DNA of 64,000 nt, from NCBI GenBank assembly GCA_002189035.1, contig CM007992.1, positions 3,348,001-3,412,000 of the forward strand, in the 5' to 3' direction. The translations under genes and the position numbers were made by a program. The notes under the pieces were generated by a model. That model was not told the DNA's origin. It worked only from the letters and a program-made list of their open reading frames with translations, and searched no databases. Positions 12,726 to 28,600 of the stretch are shown one piece after another; positions within the stretch are counted from its first letter, which is position 1, and the number at the start of each line of letters is the position of its first letter. This stretch comes from Utricularia gibba (lineage: Eukaryota > Plantae > Magnoliophyta).

Positions 12726-13348
12726 TAATAACCTCGATCCTTTTTTGTTTCTTACCATCATCTACTCCTTTTGTCCATCGCACTGTGCCATCCCCCTTCT
12801 CGACGGTCGCCTGCCGCCCACACGCCGGCCGACCGGCCGCCGCCCACTCCCTCCGCCCCATCACCCACCGCGTCGTTGTTACTGAATTTGATCAAATCGA
12901 CTAAACCCGAAGGTTGGTTGGTTCGATCCAAAACCACCCTAAAAACAAGGATCACGCCGTACGACTAGAACGGGTGGAAGAATCAACCAACAAACAACAG
13001 TGTTTGGATACACAAATCTTACAAACAACCGGCTTCAACCTCAGCTAAACACAGTACGTCTAAACAACACTTACAACAGCAAGCTCTGATCCCGTGATTC
13101 CCAGGCCACAGTATAAAAACGATGATATGAATGCCAGAATTAGAATGGGTGAGTAGAAAGCTATGTACAGCCAATGACTATCTACACAAGCCATAGCCAG
13201 TCGATCATTAGAGGGGGGAAGAAGAACTGCATTCCGACCGGGTGAAAAAACGACTAGAAACGGATGTTACTTTGCCCAAGATGAAAAATCGAGCATTATT
13301 ACCGACAGTCTCGAATCTCTGTCAGCATATCTGTGGGTGGTGTCAGGA

Positions 13349-16851
<3,503 letters not shown>

Positions 16852-19041
16852 CAGTATAGCCCCTTGATGTAGCTATACTATGGAACAACTCCTCAAGCTA
16901 CAGTCCCTGTTAAATATCTCCCGTCCTCAGCAGCTGGTTGTAAATGGAACACAGAGAGTCGCTTCAGTAACCTAATATCCTAATCCTGCATAGTATCAGC
17001 AAGAGGAGATGATCACTCCAAACGACCATCAATCTTTTCGAGCAAAAAAGATAACTTTTCCCTTCAATTTAATCTCTTGTTCAAGCGGAGGAAGCATAAC
17101 CCCTTACCTTACCCGAATGTGCCAAGTTTATTTACCCCAACTCGAAGGAAGAACTAAGCAACACAGAAAAAAAAAAAAAATCTACTCTCACTCGAAACAA
17201 GCAAAACACAGCATGTGAAACCCATACCAAGAACAGCAATTGATGGGCCAAACAAAGCATAGGAATTTCAGATCACCCGGATCCGATACTCACAATTCTG
17301 CTCAGGCCGAATCCCCAATTCACGTGTGAATCCAGAGCATCACCCAGTCAGCCGAATCGAATGCCGTAAAACAGCATCCACACGTACAAGTTGAAAAAGA
17401 GGAAACTTCACCCCCAACCCAACCCTAACTCGCTGAAGAGAGAAGGGGAGAACTTCCCAGTAGAGCCGAGTTGCGGTACAAAACATTAAGCACTCGCATC
17501 CTCATTCATTCATTCCCCATTAAAAAGAGAGAGAGACATTTTTTTTTAAACCCAAACTCTCCTTTTATTTTGGAATTTTAGTTGATTGAACCACGTCACA
17601 TTGTCAAAATAGTCACCCAATTCTATATTAATTTTACAATTTTACATTTTTCTTTAACAAAAAATTTCATACAAGATTTAATATCATCTTTTTTTAGATT
17701 GATATGAAAATACTATTCATTTTTTATCTATTCAACTTATAGAATTAGACGGTACTCGAATCGTCTCGTTTTCAATTCATCGAATCATATTCTAAAGTTT
17801 TAGAACTATTTGAAGGTGCACTTTGTTCTAATACACATACAAAAGAGAATCTAACTATACAAGTTATTGACTATGGATCGGGTCGCATTATCAACACCCG
17901 ATTCCAAAAAAAAGCAAAAATATAATATAATAATCAAAACGCGTTTACTCTTTCTCTCTCTTCCAGCGTATCAAACCTTTGATTATTTAAATTATTATTT
18001 ATATGAGTTTTTCAATTGTGGGTTGGTTACCCACGACGACCGGCATCGATCGCTTTCAAACCCTACTTCGCTAATTAAAAAAAAAAACCGGTTGCCGGTC
18101 AAGGTGCTCTTCTATTTTGTGTTTTAAAAACCGGTTCAATGAATTATTCGAATTATTCTTGATTTTGGGTAGAACCATTGTTATAATGGGTTTAATTGGA
18201 TTGAATTGAATATGAACAATTATAAAAATATACAAATAATTATTTAAATTTAAGGATTTTTTAATTTTTTATAAAAAAATATTGGATCCGAATCCATAAA
18301 ATTATGGGATCGGGTTGAATCGAATCCTAGATTCAATCCATGATTTTAAAATATGGTATGTTGCATTAAAAACATTTCATAATATAAATACACGTATATT
18401 TTGCATAAAAATTAAAAAAATAAAAAGCAGTGAGAAAATAGAAAGTAAGATTTATGGCTTCGTAATAACTCTAAAGTTACGTTTGGTCGATCAATTCGGA
18501 TTAATTTGAATAAATAAATATAAATTTAAAATTTTGGTACAAATGTTTTTTAAATTCATGAAAAAACATTAATATGAGATTTTTGGATAAAATTTATCGA
18601 AAATAGGTAGGTAAAAATTTTTCCGTTCAAATAAACCCATAAATAATCCTTAATTTTCATTACTTTTCATTCAACTAAACTTGGCTTATGATGCTAAATT
18701 TTTTATTTTTAAGAAATAAAAATCAATTGTATTTAATAACAAATTCATTTATGAAATGTTTTTATTGTTTCAGACAAACTAGAATAAAAATTGTTAATAT
18801 ATAGAAAAGGTGTATATTTTCATCCATATAATTTTATATTAGTAATAATTTCTATGCATGGAAAGAGGACAAGGACCCAACCAGCTGACAATTTTATTTA
18901 AAAAAAATAAGTAGAAAATAGTAAATGTGTCAAGACACCATAATTGTACAGCCAAGATAACTACCACATGCAAGAATATCATACCAAAAAAGGAAAAAAA
19001 TTAATAATAATAATAATCATTGAAGGGGTTGTTCTTCCCTT

Positions 19042-21502
19042 CTACTCGGTGTCTCTGAGGCTTTCAGGTGCCACCCACAGTTTCTTCTTAAGGATGAGCA
19101 CAGCTTCATCGCCTCCATCTTGGCCGGCGGCAGCTTCTGCGGCTGAATCAGATGTCGCGACTGCTTCCCAGTGCAATGCCGACAGATATTTCTTCACAAA
19201 GTCGATGACGCCGGGGCGATCCCTGACGATTACGAACCCGGATGGTCTGAGGATGCGGTCGATCTCCAGGAGGAGGTCCTCCCGGCTGCAGCCCTTCTTT
19301 TCGATGTCTGAGAAGATGGTCCAGGCGTGGAGCATGTCGTATGTTCTTGGGTACGTGGAGAAAGCTTCGCACCTGGGAATGGCGGAGGGGGTTTACCATA
19401 CGGGGTTCCGGCTGTGGAAAAGGGTACACAGGAAGAAGGACGTACCAGTTATGAATGCTGCCGATCAAGCCCCGGTCGTAAACAATCTTGAGAGTGTTGG
19501 GTCCATCTTCGGGGACTACGTTCATCACCCATACATTTTTGTCCTTCAGAGCTGCAGCAAAGGATCCTAGATTTGCCTTCATGTCCATCACGTTCCTCAC
19601 TGTATCTGGGCCGATTTTCGTGCCGAGGAGATTCCAGTAACTATCAACCCTCTGCCTCCAAAGTTCCTGGAAAGGAAGAGGACATGAGCAGTTTTTGGTT
19701 TAGAGGGAATGCATGTGAAGAATAGAGAATGTCATGGGTGGGGTGGGGTGCTGTGTTCAATACCATGTCCTTGTCAAAGATTTCGCCTGAGTAGCCGAGA
19801 TCAGCGAGACGAGGAGGAGGGGAAGTTAGACGGTCAGGCCAAGGCGCCAGCCCACTTCCTCCGGTTTTGTGATCATCTGATGATGGGAGAGGAAATATCA
19901 GATGAGATATAATTCACAATTCCTATCATATAATCTTTAGAGTTGCCATAAAAAGTTTGCAGACCAGGTGCAAGGTTGAAACTCAGAAATGGATGCAAGA
20001 TAGTTTTGATAGAGAAGATGCTTACGCTCAGAGTAAGGGGTGATGCATGTCTCCATTGCTACATTCCACACAGCGTCAGGGTCATCTTCAGATCGACAAA
20101 GAGGAGGCTGGGTGCCGGGCGCTCTCTCTAAATAGCAGTCATTAGTCAAAGGCTTTTGCCAAATCACTGTCTGGTTCTTTTTGGCTGCAATCCTCCAACA
20201 CATACGCTCCACAAGTTCACTCATCTGCTTCCAGATCCGAAGATCTTCTTCATCCTGGGCATAAGCTTCAGGTGAAGAGTAGGCAAAATAACCTCCAGGT
20301 CTGAGCAGCCTATCCAATTCAAGGAGGAGAATCCCATCCCTTTGCAACCAATCAATTCTACAGCGGGAACAGTGTGCAAGCTCAAATGATCGGCTTGGAT
20401 AGGGAAGTCGCTTAGTCCCAAGAACACCAAGGTATGCGGGAATTCCCCTTTCCAGAGCAAACTGGATCTGATTTTGGTGCACATCATTCGGAGCTAATGA
20501 CATGGCAATTATATTTGATGAGAGAAGGTAACCACCAAAACTTGCAACCCCACACCCCACATCAAAAACTGTACGTAAATTTCCTTCATTGTTCAAGATA
20601 TTGTCTGAAAAGTTGAGCATCTACAAATGAAAAAATGATCAAATTAGAAAGGAGGGTTCTATAAATATCTGCTAATGGTGTAAAAAGGAACTTACATTTG
20701 CGATGTGAGCAATGTACTTGTCTGCTCCATAGTGAAAGTGGGTGCCACCTCCAGGAAAATTAATCTTATCTCCCTTGACAACCATCCAATTTTGGTCAGA
20801 TTTCTCCTGTGCAAGGTGCGTGTGCGGGATGTTTGCTTTCCAAACTTCATCTCTACTTGCTGGCCACTTGATTGGAACCTACAGTGGCACCAAACCATGA
20901 CAACGCAAAAATGGAAAAAATTCTGAAAAAAAAATGCACAATGCAGATATGTAAAACACCTTATATCCAGGTGGCGGAGGAATTAAGCAATTGAACCGCC
21001 TCTCTGGCAGTGGGCAGTGCCTTTCATAGTGCTCCATCAAAGATAAATCCAACTTTAATCGCATCTGAGAATGAATATTTCTGTCCAGACAGGGGATCAA
21101 CTCCGAATGCCGATCATCACAAACCTTGGTGAAAAGAAAAATAACTTCTCAACCATATTAAAAACAACAAAGGGATCATTCATAAACAGTTACTACATTC
21201 AAATGGGCCTTAAGGACAGGAGAACATACTGGAAAGCTCTTTGGTGTGATACTGTTATCCAACTCATCTGATTCTTGCTTGTTTGAAGGATCTTCTTGCC
21301 TATGGCCAATGTCAGAATCTTCATCCCCACCCACGTAAGATGAGCCTAGCCTTCTCAAAGATCGACTTCCATATTCTAAAGCAGACTCCCCAGAGCTACT
21401 GGAGCCATAGTAGAAATACAGAAAAACAAGAAATACGGCCACGAGGCCCACTGAGAGAAAGAGGCGCTTCTTTTGCGCACCATCTGACCTTGCCCTCGTC
21501 AT
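19042..21502 (-). CDS. Probable SAM-dependent methyltransferase, PMT (DUF248 / Methyltransf_29) family, PMT1/3/8-like type II membrane protein
   Basis: N-terminal TM anchor; IPCLDR..HYERHCP; VFDVGCGVASFGGYL; SLAPNDVHQNQIQFALERG; RNVMDMKANLGSFAAAL; YPRTYDLLHAW-like motif; EIDRILRPSG. Confidence 0.93.
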
Positions 21503-24500
21503 TATCTATCTCAGACTTTCGATTTGACAATCAGAGTTTACACGGTCAAAATTGCAGGAAGTCTTCAATGCGACATAAAGCAACACGCGAAGACTGATCA
21601 CTGTATGGGCACTTGAGTCAAAAGTAGTCTACAACGCTACCTGTTTAAATACGCAACCGATTAGTAAACTTCCCTTGGTAACAAAAGGTTCACAGTTTCT
21701 GCATGAAATACTAAGGCTATAAAGCATACTTTTTTTGTTATGCATTTCAAAAACTACCAGGTAAAACCAGATCACTTGAGTGTTAAAGCTGTTGTCTTTA
21801 CTCGTCACAATGATCATAAGCATACGAAAGGGTAGGATTCCACTAGAAAGCAGAGAGTGATATCTGAACTAGGTACTACAGAAGCCAACATACCTACAAA
21901 CCAGACCCCCCTACAGTATGGGGTTGGCTACGAGAATCAATTAAGAATTAACAATAGTGCTCAAGCCTAGTTTTAAGGGTAAAAAAAAAACAGAATCCCA
22001 TGAAAAAGGAAGAATTTTCTCAGAATGGCCCGTGGGAAAACAACACAAAAATGCTTCAAATCGTAACGATTTTCCCAAAAAGAGTTGCTCACATACGATC
22101 TAGCTTTCCCACTCAATTTTCCCAAAACATGACTCCGCATTAAATAGATCAAAGAAAACAACAATCTCCACCATTAATTCCCCCTCCAACCCAGATAACA
22201 ACAACGAACGGGATCCGGGAACAAAATTCGACACTTTCAAATCCCAACACTGCAAAACAAGAAACAATCACCAAGAAAGCTTCCACAAACTAACCATCGA
22301 TCCAGATCTGGAACACACGGTAGACCGCAATATGCTCTAGAAAATGAAAATGCAGATCGGGAATAAACAAAGGGAGCTCTGCAGGGACCGTGAAAGTGAC
22401 GGCGAGGTGGGATACTCCCAAAACCGGTAAAATTTACAGCCAAGTAGATCTGCTTTGCGATCGATCGGCCATTTTTAACTTTCTGGCAAAGGTGAGTTTC
22501 TTCAGTCGGGTATGAACCCGCACCACGATTGGATCCGTCGGCCGCAATCAATATGATCACCTTTTTTCCAAGAGGAAAGGAGATCGCGACCCGCTTCGGC
22601 GTCGGTTCCGGATCCGGGTTCATTGAAAGGATCCAAATAGTAAAGCCCGACCCTGCTTGATAAGGCCTGGCCCGTATCCCAAATCCAACAAGCCCATTAC
22701 CGATTTTTTGAAAAAAACAGTAATTCTTTTGAAAAAAATATTTTTTAAAATTTTTCAAAAATTATTTTTTAGTGTAGTGTGGTTTTAGAGACATATTATA
22801 TAAATTGATTGTATGGAAACGTTTTTATTTAAAAATATATTTAATTTTAAATCGATTTTAGATATTGTCAATAAAAAATATAATTTTGAATCCTAATGGA
22901 CTAATAATAAAAGTATTATAAATCATGGGGTTTCTAAAGATGAGAAAAGTATTTTAAAATTATGAAAATTTGGCATATGAAAATAATTGCTAAAAACAAG
23001 TGTTAATAATTCATATAATGTTAGAGGAAAAAAAACAAATATAGCATAATTTGTAAATCTTTATAACATGAATGAAGTTTTTATTTATACTTGATGTCTA
23101 AACATAAAAATTTGTTATTCATACAACTTGTTTCATGTTTTTTGAATTCAATATAAATTTTGTTGAAATTAAAGATACAATAAATCAGACAAACTTATAT
23201 AAATTTCAAATATATAAGAAATATAAATTACATTAAAAAAAATTAAATATAATTATTATTAGTTATCTACAATTTTTTAATATACTTCATTATATCATTT
23301 AACTTCCCAATAATGCTATTATTTGCTCTAATACTCACTCTCAAATCTAATTGATCTTTGATTCAATTAAAACTTGTTTTTTTATTTTTTTAATTGTAGG
23401 TAATATTTAGATTGTAAGTTAATCTAATTTCGTTGTCGTAAATTACATCATTTTTTAATCAAAACTCAAATTAGCACAAACTCATCTTTATTATCAAATT
23501 AAGACAAATGCTTTAATACATATTGAAATTATGAATTTAATGGGTTGGATGAACACACATGTAAAGTCCATATAAATAAGAAACTTGGATAACATTTATA
23601 AAGATTAGTCTCAACCAAATAATAGTAATTCAAAAATTTTTATATATTTGATTATATAATATTAATTTCTTGATGTAGTATTATTTGCTCCAATAAACTT
23701 ATTATAAAGATATATATTGTTGTGGTTAAAAATTGGTATTGGAAAGGAATCCGATTTCAGGTAGTGAGTTTGGGTTTTATATTCGTTTTTTGTTGATTTA
23801 GGTTTGGTTCTCAACTAGAGTAAAAAGGGATAAATGAGGTAAAGAATTTTAACGTGAACAACAAAAAAACCATAAAGCTGGAGGAAAGAAGGATTTCACT
23901 AAAGAGAATAAAAGAAAGATTTACAAGGATTGGTGTGGGATGCCCCATCTCTTCTTAGCTCGTTTTTCTATTTATATGGGAGATCAGGCCGACTGATTTT
24001 TGAGGGTGTTAATTACTTTCTATGTTTTGTGGTTATGTTGCACAAGTGGTACTATAACATACAATCATCGCATGTTCTGAAACTTCTGCAAATCGAACAT
24101 TTTTCAAATTCTATTGAAATTGTTGACTTTGTCATGTTACATCATTTATCAGCACTAATGTCTGTCATATGTTGTAAGAAGTCACCTCCCCCCAAGATCA
24201 ATTTCATCTAGTGAGTATCAATTTGATGTTTAATACCTCCGCCGATTTAAGTATTTTTCTTATAATCGTTCTATATGACATATACAGATTTATGACTATA
24301 TATAATAATATTATTATTACCTAAAAATAATAAAATTATTCAAAAAAGGCTCGAATGCACAATAATCATTCATGCTTTTCTTTTTCATACATACGATTAA
24401 AATAATATTAGGGATGATGTTCACTTTTAACATGAACAAATGTGAGGATCATTCTTCAAAATATCTCATTGAAATGGCGAGGGAAGACAAAAACATGTGA

Positions 24501-25276
24501 TGGCAAGAATATGAAGACAGTCTTGCCCCATCGGATGCCTTGAAGATTTATTTATTGTAATAAATAAATAATGTGAATAAAAAATAAAATAAAAATTTCC
24601 CCTCGAACAGAGCACAAAAAAAAAAAAGAAAAAGCGAATGTCACACCATAAATAGAAAATTTGACGCTAACGACAAAACTGGGCGGTGTACGTTTGCAAA
24701 CCATGAATCTTTCCCGAAATACCCTGCCGACGTCACTATTCATGATAATTCATTAATAATAATAATAATTTAATTACACAGTAATAGTAGTGTCTGAATC
24801 ACAAGAGAATAGGGTCAAAGGGGAAAGCGTTTTGATTCGATGGCAAACACACAGTGACAACAGTACCTCCCATTCTGCTTCCTTCAAGATCCGATCCAGT
24901 AGAAGGCGAGTCTCCGGTGGGGATCGGAGTTGAGGGAAGCTGGGTTGATGGCTGGCTTCTTGCTATGTGGGTTGGTGGTGGAGGGGTGGTGGTGCTGGTG
25001 GTTTCTTGCGCTTTCTCTTCTCGTAGCTGATCCCTCTTGCTTTGGCTTGGGAATCACGGACCTCGCGGAGGAAGATGCGTACTGCCCTAGCGCCGAAGGG
25101 ATTGGTTTCTGGGTTGCCTCCGTTTTCCTCGTAAGCTGCGCGAAGGCGGCCGATGAGGGCGTCCAGGCTCCCCCAGGCTTGCCGGAGGGGGCACGGACAG
25201 GGCGCAGGTGGATTTGGTTGTCCGAAGAAAGGGCACCCTTGGGTGTGAACCTTCGTCTTCCCAAACTGGTCGAGGT

Positions 25277-25668
25277 TGATAGCAGTTTATATCGATGTGT
25301 GAGGGTTGTAGAACAGATATTTTATTTAATGTTATGCAAGAGTACACATATTTATAGTTCTTTAGCAACGGTCGCCTACTTCTAGGGATTAGCCGTTGCT
25401 CACTACGACTTCCAACAATATTGACTTCAGCACGTTGGGCCATATCATCATGTTGGGCCATTTTCTTGAAGTGGATGAGTAGCAAGATCTTTGTTGGTGG
25501 CCCATCTTCTGATCTTGCTGTCCAGTATAATCAGTCCGAGTTGCTGACAGACCTTCTTCTTCTTCCTCCCGTTATCTCTCAACACATTCGTATTTTCCTG
25601 TTCTGGGTCCTCCACATTTCTCACAGTTTGCTGCTGGTTTATCTCATATTCGTCCTCACTCGACATCA
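25277..25668 (-). repeat. 3' LTR (392 bp)
   Basis: Same sequence as 30236-30627 by eye; TGAT..ATCA termini; TATA-like CTATAAATA on the minus strand at 25349-25357. Confidence 0.95.
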
Positions 25669-28600
25669 TTCCTCCTTGAGGAAGAACATGAGATGAGGCA
25701 GCAGTAATCAAGGGATTTCTGCGCAGCCCTAATAGCTCACGGATTTGAGAGAAATGACTTGGAAAGAGGGCTTTGGTGAGAATGTCTGCGGCTTGTCTTT
25801 CTGATGGTAAATACTCCAATTTTATGCTTCCTTCTTTGATGTATTCCCTAAGAACATGGTATTTGATTTTGATATGCTTCGTCTTCCCAAACATGACCGG
25901 ATTTTGAGCAATACTTATGGCTGATTTGCTGTCAATTTTCAGAATGAGTGGCTTGTTAATCTTGATCTGTAAATCTTCACATAATTTCAGGAGCCATTGA
26001 GCGTGATTTGCAGCACAAGCTCCAGCCATGTATTCTGCTTCGGCTGAGGATTGAGCTACTAAGGTCTGTTTTCTGCTGTTCCAAGCAAATGCAGCAGAGC
26101 CCAGAGTAAACAAATAACCAGTGGTGGATTTAAGATCAGATTCGTCACCTGCGAAATCAGAGTCTACGAACCCTTGAAGAGATAGGTCAGTATGCCTTTT
26201 GAAGTATAAACCCATAGTTTTTGTAGCATTCAGATATTTGAATATTTGTTTAGCTATTCTAAGGTGTAAAGCAAGAGGGTGATGCATAAACCTGGATAGA
26301 AACGTTACAGCGAATGTAATGTCCGGTCGAGTTGAGGTGAGGTATAGTAGGGCACCAACAGTCTTCTGATATTCTCGTATGTTCACTGAATTTTCTTGAG
26401 GATCTTGTGGCCCTGAATCGGCAGAATTTAATTCTTTCAGATAGTTGTTTGCCTTGTTCTTCAGGTATGGAGTGAAAGGCGTAGTTGCTTCTTTTGCATT
26501 GTCCATCCCAAATTTTTTTAGTAAGTCTTCAGTGTATTTTTGCTGGCTGAGAAATATAAAATTGGGATCTTGTATTATCTCTAGTCCAAGAATATATCTT
26601 GCTGGCCCTAGATCAGTCAATTCGAACCGTTGTTTGAGCCTTGATTTTTGATCTGCTATCAATGTCTCGTTATTTCCTGTTAGTAAGATGTCATCAACGT
26701 ATAAAGATATGATGACCTTTCCAGTTTGATTGTTGAGGGTGTATAGAGTAGGGTCGTTCTTGCTTCTGATATAACCCATTTGACCAAAGTATGAATCTAT
26801 GGTTGAATACCATTCCTTGGGCGCTTGTTTAAGCCCGTAGAGAGCCTTTTGGAGTTTTAACACCTTATTTGAGCCATCCTTTAGTGTAAAACCGGGAGGA
26901 TTTTCAACATATATGTCTTCTTTCAAGTCTCCATTCAGAAACGCATTCTTTATGTCTAAATGGTGCAGGATCCAACCTTGACTGGCGGCTAATGCGATAA
27001 TCAATTTTATTGTATCCAGACGAGCTACCGGTGCGAAAGTCTCCCAGTAGTCTATACCTTCCTTTTGAAGATATCCTTTTGCAACCAGCCTAGACTTTAA
27101 CTTATTTACTGAGCCGTCTGGATTTAGCTTTGTGCGATAAATCCATTTTAATCCCAACGGTTTAATATTGAGAGGTTTATCCACCGCTGTCCACACTTGA
27201 TGCTCTGCTATGGCCTGTAACTCATTATCCATTGAGGTTTTCCATGCAGGATCATTGAGAGCTTCGAAGGGAGAGGTAGGTTCACAAATCATAAGCGATC
27301 TGTCATAGACTTCAGTAAGAGGACAGTAACCTCTAGCAGGCTCTTCATCTATGAGATGATCGGCTGACTGCAGCATAAAGTGATGTGTATAGGAATTGTA
27401 GTTGTTTGCTGAATCTTCTGAGATATTTTCTGTGTTATCATGTCTTTCAGATATAATTTGCTCAGAGTTTTGGAAGTGAGATGTATTTTCCTCCTGTTCT
27501 TGTAATGAAGAGAATTGATATTCTGATTCTCTGCTTTCTCCATGTTGAGGCTGTTGCGACGAAGTAGGATATGGCATATGATCATTACTTTGCATGTCTT
27601 GATTCCTTTCTGAGTGATGTCTGAAATAATTGTTGTCCTCTGTTTCTGCACCAACAAGATTGGAATTATTCGTAATAGTGGTATTAGTTTCAGGAAGTTC
27701 ATTGACAAGATTCTCTTCGTGCATTTCAGTAAGATTTTCAGATGCATTGATAGGAAATAGGAGTTGCATGTCTCTGGAATATTCAGCTTCGTTTTCAGGA
27801 GTAGAAGAGATATTATGCCAGTCATAGGTCAGACTTTCTTCAACCACAACATCAGCACATCTTTGAACTTCTATACATTGTTTGGATGGAATAAATATTC
27901 TGTAAATTTGAGAGGAGTCCGAATATCCCATAAAGACCCCCATTTGAGCATGATTCTCTAACTTTCTGCGTTTTTCTTTAGATATATGGACATAGCAGAG
28001 GGATCCGAAGATTTTCAGATTCTGTAGATCTGGGACTTTTCCATACCACAGTTCATGTGGAGTTTTTCCTTCAGGTATTCCTTTGGTGGGAAGTCGATTT
28101 AATAGGAATACCGCTGTGTTAACAGCTTCTCCCCAAAAGCGCAATGGTAAGTTGTGTTCCAATAACAAGCAACGAGCCATATTCATAATCGTTTGATTTT
28201 TCCTTTCACAAACACCATTTTGTTGAGGGGTATATGGAACGGTAAACCGATGAACTATACCACTTGCATTGCAGATGTCTCGGAGTTCGGATGATTTGTA
28301 TTCCCCGCCATTGTCTGAATGCAAAGTAAGTATTCTACAATTGCTTTGTAATTCTGCCATCATCTTGAACTGCTTGAAGTATTTAGTCACTTCAGACTTT
28401 TGCTTAAGAAAATATACCCACATATGCTTGGTGTAGTCATCAATAAATAGGACATAGAATTTCTTTCCACCAGGTGTCTCAACATGCATAGGTCCGCATA
28501 CGTCAGAGACTACTAGCTGTAGTTTAGAGTCGGATACTTCAGTACGATTCTTGAATGGCTTCTTGTGCATTTTCCCAAATAGACAGGTGCTGCACGGGAA

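Noticed and set aside
12915-12935. GGTTCGATCC B-box-like motif suggesting a tRNA or SINE
   Set aside because: No A box at the right spacing, no cloverleaf and no poly-T terminator.
24930-25385. 151-aa plus-strand ORF with a hydrophobic N-terminus
   Set aside because: It is the antisense shadow of ALOG exon 2 plus LTR sequence.
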